In this document: one piece after another, positions 38,800 through 47,592 of the stretch
How positions within the stretch are numbered: the stretch's first letter is position 1
Layout of the letters: the number at the start of each line of letters is the position of its first letter
Translations under genes and position numbers: made by a program
DNA from: Acidobacteriota bacterium
Lineage (GTDB): Bacteria > Acidobacteriota > UBA890 > WLXD01
DNA length: 64,000 nt
Assembly: GCA_965205505.1 (NCBI GenBank)
Contig: CBDBHB010000009.1
Coordinates: 960,001-1,024,000 of the forward strand
Direction of reading: 5' to 3'
The notes under the pieces: generated by a model
Database searches by the model: none
Seen by the model: only the letters and a program-made list of their open reading frames with translations
What the model was told of the DNA's origin: nothing

Positions 38800-39007
38800 C
38801 GTAGTCCACTTTTCCGTTCCTTGTCCTGTTAGACGCGCGAGCACCAGGTTCGGTTGCTCTCGCTATCTTACTTATTCGCTCAAACGACCGCAGAAGTTTC
38901 AGTTTGTATGACGATGACCTTCGAACGTGCGCAACTATCGGGTCGCGACCTGTCGGCGGCGGGCGTAGCGTAGGCTTCTCGCTGACAACAAGCCTCGAGG
39001 GGATTCG

Positions 39008-39850
39008 ATGAGCGCAGACTATCGCCGCATCCGGGAAGCCATCCGATATGTGCGGTTTCATGCCGACGAGCAGCCGCAACTAGACGATGTGGCGGCTCAT
39101 GTCGAGCTCAGCAAGTTTCACTTTCAGCGCCTGTTTCGGCGCTGGGCGGGCGTTTCGCCGAAGCGCTTCCTGGAGTTCGTGACCGTGCAACACGCCAAGC
39201 GGTTGCTGCGAGAGTCGGCCTCGGTGCTCGAAGCGTCTCTCGAGACCGGGCTATCCGGACCGTCCAGGTTGCACGACCTGTTCGTGAGCGCCGAGGCGGT
39301 GACCCCCGGTGAGTACAAGTGGCGCGGCGCCGGTTTGGAGCTACGGTTCGGGTTCCATGAATCCGCGTTCGGAGAGTTCTTGATCGCGGTGAGCGATCGG
39401 GGTATTGCCGCGCTGGCGTTTACCGTTGCCGGGGGGCACAAGGCCGCCGTCGACGATCTTGCCTCGGACTGGAGCGCGGCGGCGCTGCTGCGGGACGATG
39501 CTGGAACGGCAGCGGCAGCACGCCAGGCATTCGCGTTCGATCGGGTCGATCGACCGCTTCGCTTGTTGCTTCGAGGCACCAATTTTCAGATCCAGGTTTG
39601 GCGGGCGCTGCTGGCGATTCCCCCAGGAGCGATTGTTTCGTACGGCGACGTGGCGGCGGCGATCGGTCGGCCTGCTGCGCCGCGCGCGGTTGCCAGCGCC
39701 ATCGCCAACAACAGGATCGCCTGCCTGATCCCCTGCCATCGCGTGCTTCGCGCCAGTGGCGACTTCGGTGACTATCGCTGGGACCCGGCGCGCAAGGTTG
39801 CCATGCTCGGTTGGGAGGCGGCACACCTGGAGGTCGCGGTGCATGCCTGA
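39008..39850 (+). CDS. Ada-like AraC-HTH + methylated-DNA-protein-cysteine methyltransferase
   Basis: FHFQRLF..WAGVSPK HTH; GTNFQ.QVW; IPCHRV active site; no N-terminal Zn domain. Confidence 0.9.
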   Translation: MSADYRRIREAIRYVRFHADEQPQLDDVAAHVELSKFHFQRLFRRWAGVSPKRFLEFVTVQHAKRLLRESASVLEASLETGLSGPSRLHDLFVSAEAVTPGEYKWRGAGLELRFGFHESAFGEFLIAVSDRGIAALAFTVAGGHKAAVDDLASDWSAAALLRDDAGTAAAARQAFAFDRVDRPLRLLLRGTNFQIQVWRALLAIPPGAIVSYGDVAAAIGRPAAPRAVASAIANNRIACLIPCHRVLRASGDFGDYRWDPARKVAMLGWEAAHLEVAVHA

Positions 39851-41252
39851 CACCGAGCTGGTGGCGGCGTTGCGACGCCTACGCCAGGTCGCGGGGGCAA
39901 TGAACGAGAAGGTCGCCGATGGCCCGGTTTCCGAATCGTGCACCGTGACCGAGGTGCGCGCCCGGATCGGCGGTCTCTTCGATCTTGCCAAGCCGACCTC
40001 ACCCGACGAGCTTGTCGAACGGGTCGTCGAGCGGTTGGCGGCCGACACCGTGCACGTCACCCACCCGCGCTACTTCGGGCTCTTTAACCCCGCTGTTCCG
40101 CCGATCACGGTAGTCGCGGATGCGTTGGTGGCGATGTTCAATCCACAGCTTGCCGCATGGGAACATTCGCCTGCAGCTCAGGAGATGGAGCGCCTGGTGC
40201 TCGGCTCGCTGGGACGGCTCGTCGGCCTGGAGCTTGACGGCGGCATGGCCCACTTCACCAGCGGTGGCGCCGAGGCCAACGGTACCGCGACGCTGGCGGC
40301 GCTGGTGGCGGCGTTCCCGGCTCTGCCTGAGACCGGGCTGCGAGCGCTGCCGGCGCAACCAACGCTCTATCTTTCCGGGCAAGGTCACGACACCTTCTTG
40401 AAGATCGCCGTCGCCTGTGGACTGGGCCGAAAGGCGGTGCGGCGCGTCCCGGTTGACGATGATTTCCGCATGGACGTGGCGGCGTTGCGCGATCAGCTGC
40501 GGCGAGACCGAGCCCGCGGTGAGCAGCCGTTTCTGGTGGTCGCGACCGCCGGCACGACGGCGACGGGGGTGATCGACCCGCTCGAGTCGATTGCCGAGGT
40601 GGCAGGCGAAGAGCGCCTCTGGATGCACGCCGATGCCGCTTGGGGCGGTGGCGCGCTCCTATCGGAGCGCCTCCGACCGGCACTAGCCGGCATCGACGCG
40701 GCAGATTCGATGACCTGGGACGCTCACAAGTGGCTATCGGTGCCGATGGCCGCCGGCATGTTCTTCAGCCGCCGCCCCGCCGCCGTACGTGCGGCGTTCG
40801 ACGTCCACGCGACGTATGTACCGCCCAGTCCCGAAGGCGCCGACGATCCCTACATGGTTTCGTGGCAGTGGAGTCGCCGGTTCATCGGCCTCAAGGTGTT
40901 CATGGCTTTGGCCGAGGTCGGGCTGCAAGGCTACGCGGAGCGCGTTGAGCATCAGGCAGATATGGGCGATCGCTTGCGTCGACGATTGGGGGAGTCCGGC
41001 TGGTTGCTGTGCAACCGTACTCCTCTGCCGCTGGTTTGCTTCAGCCATCCGCAGATCGAATGCGGCCACACCACCGCGCCCGAGGTGGTCGCGCGGGTCA
41101 TCGCCTCGGGGCGGGCTTGGGCCTCGACGATTCACCTGCCCACCGGCGCGGAGGTCATTCGCGCCTGCGTCTGCAACTATCGCACCAGCCCCGAAGACAT
41201 CGATGCCACCGCGCGTGCGTTCGACGGCGCGTTATCGATGACGGTCGGGTAG
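39843..41252 (+). CDS. Group II PLP-dependent amino-acid decarboxylase
   Basis: HPRYFG, SGGAEAN, TAGTT.TG.IDP, HADAAWGG, DAHKW. Confidence 0.9.
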   Translation: MPDTELVAALRRLRQVAGAMNEKVADGPVSESCTVTEVRARIGGLFDLAKPTSPDELVERVVERLAADTVHVTHPRYFGLFNPAVPPITVVADALVAMFNPQLAAWEHSPAAQEMERLVLGSLGRLVGLELDGGMAHFTSGGAEANGTATLAALVAAFPALPETGLRALPAQPTLYLSGQGHDTFLKIAVACGLGRKAVRRVPVDDDFRMDVAALRDQLRRDRARGEQPFLVVATAGTTATGVIDPLESIAEVAGEERLWMHADAAWGGGALLSERLRPALAGIDAADSMTWDAHKWLSVPMAAGMFFSRRPAAVRAAFDVHATYVPPSPEGADDPYMVSWQWSRRFIGLKVFMALAEVGLQGYAERVEHQADMGDRLRRRLGESGWLLCNRTPLPLVCFSHPQIECGHTTAPEVVARVIASGRAWASTIHLPTGAEVIRACVCNYRTSPEDIDATARAFDGALSMTVG

Positions 41253-41570
41253 CCAGCGGTGGCAGGTCATGTCCACGCGCCCGTCGCTCCCGAAGCTCAC
41301 GCCCTCGGCCTCGAGTCGCCGTCGCTGGCGTCCGGGGGATGTTCCCGCGACGCGATCCGTCGAGCACTCTCCACGCACGCTCACTACGCGGTGCCACGGA
41401 ACGTCGTCCGGACAGTCATGCATGGCCCAGCCGACGGCACGCGGTGTCAGCGGCCGAGTATGGAGCGCAGCTACCTGGCCGTAGTTCATTACCTGTCCGG
41501 AGGGAATCTGGCGCACGATGTCCCACACCTCGTGCCAGGCGCTGGTCTCGCCGCTCTTCAGCCCCGCCAC
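41232..41570 (-). CDS. atl: Alkyltransferase-like protein (Atl/YbaZ)
   Basis: IP.G.V..YGQVA, RAVG, PWHRV (Trp replaces Cys), Q...LEAEG; GTG overlaps the permease TAG. Confidence 0.85.
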   Translation of the reverse strand: MAGLKSGETSAWHEVWDIVRQIPSGQVMNYGQVAALHTRPLTPRAVGWAMHDCPDDVPWHRVVSVRGECSTDRVAGTSPGRQRRRLEAEGVSFGSDGRVDMTCHRWLPDRHR

Positions 41571-44500
41571 TATCGCTCCGCCTTGAGGGCCGGCAGGAGC
41601 GGCACGCGCAATGTCCCAATTACCGCCGCCAGACTCGCCAGCATGCCGACCACGAGCACCGCGGCAAGCGTTGGCAACAGGACGCCCCACGGCAGCTCGA
41701 CTGCAGCAAGGGCAAACCGCGGGGCGATTGCCAGCAACGCCGATGCGCTGCCGATCATCGTGCCGACGGCGAGTAGAAAGGCGTTCTCGGCAAGCACCAT
41801 GCGCGCCAGGAAGGCGCGCCGAAATCCGAAGGCGCGCAGGGTGGCGAGCTCGCCGCGCCGCTCGATCACGTTGCGTACCAGGACAACTCCGAGCCCGATT
41901 GTACCGAGGAGCAGGCCCAGTCCCCCCAGTGCCTGGAAAGTCGACAGGTAGGTGTTCTGCACCACGAGGAAGCCGGCGATTCGCTCGGCCGTCGGCGTGG
42001 CGTCGAAGCCGAACCGTTCGAGACGGTCTTCCAGCGAAGCCGCGATCTCGACCTGACGCCCCTCGGGCGCGTCGATGAGGAAATACGAGAAGCCACTTCG
42101 GCCGGGGAAATAGCGCAGCAGGTTGGCTTCCGAAATCAGCAACTCGCTCTGGAAGATGCTCTCCTGAACAGTGCCTACCAGCCGCAGCGTGAGCTCCTCG
42201 CCGCGCTCGCCCTCGATGGTCAACTCGCCGTCGACCGGCAATTTGAGAATCCACTGCATTGAGTTGGCGTCGCCGATAGCCGGGATCACTCCCGGACCCA
42301 GGTCGACGCGTAGCAACTCCCAGGGGTTGGCGCTCGCCTCCAGCTCGGCGCTCAGCGCAGCGAACCGAAAGCCGCCGCGATCGATAAGCTCGTCCGTTGC
42401 CCCGAGCAGCCGCGGTCGGCGCGGCTGAAACAGGTTCAGGCAGCTGGCGTCGTCCCCCGGCACCAGCCGAAGCTGGGTGATCCGCACATCTTGCAGCCGC
42501 GCCTCGGCAGTGGCGTCAAAGCCGAGATCGAAGCGTCCGGCGACGTCGTTGAGGTTCTGATGCAGCGGTACGTCGGCCATCGCCATGAGCTCGTAGCCGC
42601 CGGCGCCCTCCTCGATAACGTGGGATTCGCGGGCCGGGTCGCGGGTGTTGCCGGCCACTGTGACGATGACGAAGCACGCCGACGCTACGAGTGCCACGCT
42701 TAGAATGCTGCGGTTCGGGCTCCACGAGCTGCTTCGAACCGCCATGCCGAGCGCCGCGAAGCCGGAGCTCCTGAGGCGCCCGCGCCCCCGCCGACACCAA
42801 GTTGAGAAGGCCGCCAATCCGGCAGTCAGCAGTAGCGCGCCGATTCCGAAAGCGATTCCCGGGTTAGACGTTTGATCGCCCGCCAGCGCGTACCCCAGCA
42901 GACCAATTGCAGCGGCGAAACACAACGGGGCCAGCCAACCACGGTGCTGGCGTTCGCCAGCGGTGGCGGCAGGCATCCTGGTCACACCGGCCAGCAATCG
43001 GGTTGGCGGCAATCGACGCAAACGCCGCACAGCGATCCATATCGAGCCAACCACAGCGATCGCAGAGATGGCGAACCCGATGACCAGCGTGACCGGCAAC
43101 ACGTGCAGATACAGCAGCGGCGAGCCCACCGCCGCCAGCCAGATCGTCCGCAAACCCCAGAGCATGAGGTTTCCGTAAAGCACCGCGGCGACCAATCCGG
43201 CGGCACCGCCTAACGCTACGATCGCCGCTCCCTCAGTCAGGAATTTTCGCTGCACGTGTCTCAGCGGGTAGCCAACCGCCAGCAGCAATCCGATTTCCTT
43301 GCCGCGCTGTTCGATGCCGAGGGTGAACAGCAGGCTGACGATCATCAACGCCGACAAGATGAGAAAGAAGCTGAAGGCGAGAAACAGCTGGCCGAAGTCG
43401 GTTGCCCCAGCTGCAGCCTCGAGGCCCTGGCTCTTGATGTCGACAAAGCGGAACCCATAGTCCTGCGGCTCGAGCCGCTCGAGCAGGATCGAGCCGAGCT
43501 CGAAGCTGAACGTGGCCGGGTCGACGTCCGCGGGGACCGCGACCCGAACCGACGTGGTGGCGCCATATCGCGTGCTCCACAGCCGTTGGCCGGTATCCGC
43601 CGCGACGAAGGACTTCGGTGTGCCACGGTAGGCGTCCCAGTACTCCTCGTCGACGTCGCGGATGGTGCTCAAGTCGACCGGGAACGGTGGCTCCCAGTCG
43701 GCAATGTTGTCGATGCCCTCGATGCCCGGATACTCGGGCGTCAGATCGGCGTCCACCGCCAGGCCGCGCATCGCAACGGTTCCAGCCACGCGGAAGCGGG
43801 TCTCCTCGGTGCGCAACTGCTCATCGAGCCCGACGACGTAGTAGCTCATGCGCAGCTCGTCGCCCGTTGACGCACCGAGCTGGGTCGCAGTCCACTCGTT
43901 GATCAGAATCTCGTCCGCTGCCAGCGCCGGCGCCGGCGTTCCGTCGACCAGATGCAGCCGCCCGAACGGCAACGAGTCGTCCAAGACGTCCAGGGCCAAC
44001 ACCATCGAATAGGGTACCTGGCGGTCCGCGACCCGCAGGCTGTTCGACATGTAGACCTGCAGACGCTGGGTCGGTGCTCGGAGGTCGCGCGCGGCGGCCT
44101 CGATGGTCTCCACCAGCGCCGCTCGAAGGACGAACTCTTCGCTCTCGATCTCGATGAGCGTAGTGTTCGCGGGGCCCTCGATGGCGCTTAAGCCGAGCCC
44201 GATGTCGGCGAGGGTCAGCGAGGTGACCAGCAAGGGCTGAGGGTCGGCAACGCTGGTGCCGCGGCGGTCCAGCAACAGGGAATTGACGCGTCCCGGTTGC
44301 TCGACAGCAGCCTGTAGATCGTCGAGCGACAAGAAGGCACTCAGCGGCGACGCCTGGTGCGGGTTGAGGTCGAAGCGGCCGATTCCACGATCCGGCACGA
44401 CCTCGACCAGACTCGTGCGTATCGTGCCGACTACGTCTTCCGCCTCGCGGCTGCCCAGCAAGGTATCGCGAGGCACCTCGCTGCCGAGCCGGAAGCGCAC

Positions 44501-45007
44501 CAATATTTGGTCGCCCACCACGGCACCGAGCTCGCGCTGCAGCGACGCGTTTATCACGATGGACGGGAACAATTGGCCGCTGCTACGGGCGAAGCTCATC
44601 GCGGGTTGGCGGTCGCCAGCCTGGCTTTGGAATACCGGGGAGGTTGTCGGTTCGTCGAACAGCTCGACGAAGGCGTCGTCGATGCCCAGCACATTGATCT
44701 GCGACGCGCGTGCGCGGGTGTCGGCATGCACGGCGTTGCCGCGTAGCAGGATGGCGCCCGCAACCCGTTCGAACCCGGCGGCGAAGCCGGGGAGCGCCGC
44801 TATCTCATCGACGAGCTCGGCGCGGAAGAAGCGCTCGGCGACCAGCGATGTATCGATGTGGCCCAGTCGGTCGAGGGTGATGTCGCGGAGGCTGGCGCGT
44901 ACCGAATCCCCCACCAGCAGGGCTCCGGTCAGCACCGCCGCGCACACGGCTACGGCTAGCGTGACGGCAAGGTTGACGCGCCAATGGTGGATCAGACCTC
45001 GAAGCAT
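41570..45007 (-). CDS. Large duplicated FtsX/MacB-type ABC permease
   Basis: Two TM bundles with EQR.KEIGLL.AVG and ERRGELATLRAFG. Confidence 0.88.
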   Translation of the reverse strand: MLRGLIHHWRVNLAVTLAVAVCAAVLTGALLVGDSVRASLRDITLDRLGHIDTSLVAERFFRAELVDEIAALPGFAAGFERVAGAILLRGNAVHADTRARASQINVLGIDDAFVELFDEPTTSPVFQSQAGDRQPAMSFARSSGQLFPSIVINASLQRELGAVVGDQILVRFRLGSEVPRDTLLGSREAEDVVGTIRTSLVEVVPDRGIGRFDLNPHQASPLSAFLSLDDLQAAVEQPGRVNSLLLDRRGTSVADPQPLLVTSLTLADIGLGLSAIEGPANTTLIEIESEEFVLRAALVETIEAAARDLRAPTQRLQVYMSNSLRVADRQVPYSMVLALDVLDDSLPFGRLHLVDGTPAPALAADEILINEWTATQLGASTGDELRMSYYVVGLDEQLRTEETRFRVAGTVAMRGLAVDADLTPEYPGIEGIDNIADWEPPFPVDLSTIRDVDEEYWDAYRGTPKSFVAADTGQRLWSTRYGATTSVRVAVPADVDPATFSFELGSILLERLEPQDYGFRFVDIKSQGLEAAAGATDFGQLFLAFSFFLILSALMIVSLLFTLGIEQRGKEIGLLLAVGYPLRHVQRKFLTEGAAIVALGGAAGLVAAVLYGNLMLWGLRTIWLAAVGSPLLYLHVLPVTLVIGFAISAIAVVGSIWIAVRRLRRLPPTRLLAGVTRMPAATAGERQHRGWLAPLCFAAAIGLLGYALAGDQTSNPGIAFGIGALLLTAGLAAFSTWCRRGRGRLRSSGFAALGMAVRSSSWSPNRSILSVALVASACFVIVTVAGNTRDPARESHVIEEGAGGYELMAMADVPLHQNLNDVAGRFDLGFDATAEARLQDVRITQLRLVPGDDASCLNLFQPRRPRLLGATDELIDRGGFRFAALSAELEASANPWELLRVDLGPGVIPAIGDANSMQWILKLPVDGELTIEGERGEELTLRLVGTVQESIFQSELLISEANLLRYFPGRSGFSYFLIDAPEGRQVEIAASLEDRLERFGFDATPTAERIAGFLVVQNTYLSTFQALGGLGLLLGTIGLGVVLVRNVIERRGELATLRAFGFRRAFLARMVLAENAFLLAVGTMIGSASALLAIAPRFALAAVELPWGVLLPTLAAVLVVGMLASLAAVIGTLRVPLLPALKAER

Positions 45008-45660
45008 CGACCCTCCCGTAACTCCAGTCGACGCCCGAAGCGTTGTGCCAGATCCGAGTTATGCGTCACCACGACCAGAACGTTGGACTCCTGCTCGTGC
45101 AGCTCGAGCAACAGCTCGGCCACGGCGTTGGCGGCTCGATGATCGAGGTTCCCGGTGGGCTCGTCGCACAGCAGCACAGCCGGGCGATTGATCAAGGCTC
45201 GGGCAATTGCGACCCGCTGGCGCTCGCCGCCCGACAACTGTGCCGGCCGGTGATCGAGTCGGTGCCCCAACCCGACGCGCTCCAGCAGTTGCCGGGCGCG
45301 TGCCGCACCTGCGGCATTGCCGGGAAACGCCAGCGTAGGGACGATCGTGTTCTCGAGCACGCTGTACTGCGGTAGCAGGTGATGATCCTGAAACACGAAG
45401 CCGATCGACTCGTTGCGGAAGCGAGCCATATCCGGCTCGCTCAGAGCGAACGGGTTGCGACCGCCGATTTTCACGTCGCCAGCGGTCGGCGGCTCGAGCG
45501 TACCTATGATGTGCAGCACGGTGCTTTTGCCTGAGCCGGACGGACCCATGATCGCCGTCGAGTCTCCCGCAGCGACGTTGAACGAGACTCCGTCGAGCAC
45601 CGGTACGGTGGCGTCACCCATCTCGAATTGCTTGACGATGTTGGTGACCTGCAGGTCCAA
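44992..45660 (-). CDS. ABC ATP-binding protein (LolD-like)
   Basis: GPSGSGKST, LSGGERQR, LCDEPTGNLD. Confidence 0.92.
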   Translation of the reverse strand: MDLQVTNIVKQFEMGDATVPVLDGVSFNVAAGDSTAIMGPSGSGKSTVLHIIGTLEPPTAGDVKIGGRNPFALSEPDMARFRNESIGFVFQDHHLLPQYSVLENTIVPTLAFPGNAAGAARARQLLERVGLGHRLDHRPAQLSGGERQRVAIARALINRPAVLLCDEPTGNLDHRAANAVAELLLELHEQESNVLVVVTHNSDLAQRFGRRLELREGRCFEV

Positions 45661-45687
45661 GCGACTCCTCCCAATATGCCTGCCGGG

Positions 45688-46113
45688 TTACTCGACGCTC
45701 CCCGCTTCCTGGATCTGGTCGGCGATGAAGGCAGGGATCTCTATGGCCCGCGGACCCGATTCCTCCATGGCACAGCACACAGAGGTCATCGAGCCGGTGC
45801 CAACAAGACGCTTGCCGACGTGGATCGAGAACCCGTACGTCATCGCCTTCCTTCCCTTGCGTAGCACGCGGAGGTGGATGTCGACAACGTCGTTGAAACG
45901 TGCCGGCGAATTGAACTGTGCTTCGACCGCCACCCGCGGCCATCCGAGCTGCATGCCGTCGTGGTGCATGTGCACGCTCGCGCCGAGCGAGTCGATGAAG
46001 GCGTGCTCGGCATTCTCCATGAACACGATCAGCCGAGAGAAGTGCACGATCCCGGCCATGTCGGTATCGGAGAACTCGACTTTCCGCTGAATCCTCAGCT
46101 CGTGCATACCCAT
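45688..46113 (-). CDS. Hotdog-fold acyl-CoA thioesterase (YbgC/4HBT-like)
   Basis: VEFSDTDMAGIVHF motif. Confidence 0.88.
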   Translation of the reverse strand: MGMHELRIQRKVEFSDTDMAGIVHFSRLIVFMENAEHAFIDSLGASVHMHHDGMQLGWPRVAVEAQFNSPARFNDVVDIHLRVLRKGRKAMTYGFSIHVGKRLVGTGSMTSVCCAMEESGPRAIEIPAFIADQIQEAGSVE

Positions 46114-47393
46114 CGCTCATACTCGCGTAGCGTCGCCGCTGCCATGGCCTCGTCCGAGAACTCACGGTGAACCGCTTGGCGGCCGACCCGGCCGAGCTCA
46201 CGGCCTCGTTCAGGATCGCGCATCAGCGCCTCGAGCGCATCCACCACCGCGTCATCTGACTCTGGATCCACCAGCACCCCTCCGCCAGTCCACTCGATCA
46301 ACTCCGGAAAGCCGCCGTGCGCGGGTACGACTACGGGCACGGCACTGGCCATCGCCTCCAGCGCCGGCAGCCCCTTCGATTCCCGGTAAACGGTTGGCAG
46401 GCAAAGGACGTCGATCGAGCTGAGGAATTGCATCTTGCCGTCGCGATCGACCTCGCCGACCCAATCGACGCGGTCCGACAGTCCCCAGTTCGTCACCCGG
46501 CGTTGCTGCTCGTCGACGTAGGCCGCGTCGCGCTTGCCCACGTAGCCGGCGATACGCAGGCGCACGCGCTCTTGTCCGACCCGTCGGGTCAACTCGTGGA
46601 AGGCCGCGACGAGACGATGCACTCCTTTTTCCGGACAGAGCCTGGCGAGGAACCCGATCGTGTACGGCTCGTCCGCAGACCGCGCCCGCGTCTCGTGTCC
46701 GAACAGCGTGACCCCGAGGGGCACCACGCGGATCTTCTCGGCCGACGTTGCCAGGTAGCCGCGCACATGGTCGGCGTAGTAGCGGTTCGGTGCTAGGAAG
46801 CCGTCGACATCGATGGCGTGGGTGCGTAGCTCCGCCACGAAACGCGTTCTGTAGGGTTCTACGAGCTGATCGATGAAGATGTCCTCTCCTTGCGCGCCGC
46901 AAAGCACCGGCACGCGGAGCTCGCGTTTGAGGGTTCGCGCCAGGCCCAACAGCAAGGCGTTGGTGATGTGCACGATCTGCGGTTTGAACTCGTCGCGCAG
47001 CCACGCAACGAGGCTTTCGAGCTCGCGCCGCTGACGGCCATCCTCGCCCCGCAGCACCGACAACGCCAGTGCGCCCAGCTCCTCGCCCTGCGTGGCGCTC
47101 GAGCCCGCCAGCCGCGAGACGTTCCTGAGCAGAGCCGGCCGATCGAGTAACCAGTGCAGGATGCCGGGACGACGTCGGAAGAGCTTCCAGTGCTGCTCCA
47201 GGTAGACGTTGACAGCGCCATAGAAGACGCGGTCTATGCTGACGTCGTCTTCGTCGGTGCGGATCGGCGTGTACATGGGAACTAGCGCCACATCATGTCC
47301 GCTCTTCTGCAGGGCGGCTGCCAGTGTGTTGTCGTGCAGGCAGCTACCGCAGTACATCCCCGCCGCGCCAGCCGTGATGTAGGCGATGCGCAT
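46095..47393 (-). CDS. Glycosyltransferase family 4 with N-terminal CxxC
   Basis: GT-B motifs RL.PEKG, E.KGLP.LEAMA; N-terminal GMYCGSCLHD. Confidence 0.88.
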   Translation of the reverse strand: MRIAYITAGAAGMYCGSCLHDNTLAAALQKSGHDVALVPMYTPIRTDEDDVSIDRVFYGAVNVYLEQHWKLFRRRPGILHWLLDRPALLRNVSRLAGSSATQGEELGALALSVLRGEDGRQRRELESLVAWLRDEFKPQIVHITNALLLGLARTLKRELRVPVLCGAQGEDIFIDQLVEPYRTRFVAELRTHAIDVDGFLAPNRYYADHVRGYLATSAEKIRVVPLGVTLFGHETRARSADEPYTIGFLARLCPEKGVHRLVAAFHELTRRVGQERVRLRIAGYVGKRDAAYVDEQQRRVTNWGLSDRVDWVGEVDRDGKMQFLSSIDVLCLPTVYRESKGLPALEAMASAVPVVVPAHGGFPELIEWTGGGVLVDPESDDAVVDALEALMRDPERGRELGRVGRQAVHREFSDEAMAAATLREYERWVCTS

Positions 47394-47403
47394 GCAGCGT
47401 CGC

Positions 47404-47592
47404 CTAGCGGGCCGTGGTGAAAGTGTGGTGGGTCTGGTTACGCCGTAACCCTTCGGGCAACAGGGGGTTGCGCGCGTATGCTGCGTCGTTCCTCGTCAAC
47501 GATGGGGTAACCATCGTCTCCTCCTCTCTCCTTGCCTGTACTTCGCAAGTTTCTGTCGCCAGACCCACCACACTTTCACCACGGCCTGCTAG
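47404..47592. mobile_element. MITE-like element (TIR type C), inverted and internally deleted relative to 32209-32487
   Basis: ctagcgggccgtggtgaaagtgtggtgggtctgg ... ccagacccaccacactttcaccacggcctgctag; right CTAG holds the SSS stop. Confidence 0.88.

Noticed and set aside
4227-47592. Repeated elements as a CRISPR array
   Set aside because: They are dispersed and inverted-repeat bounded, with no repeat-spacer periodicity and no cas genes
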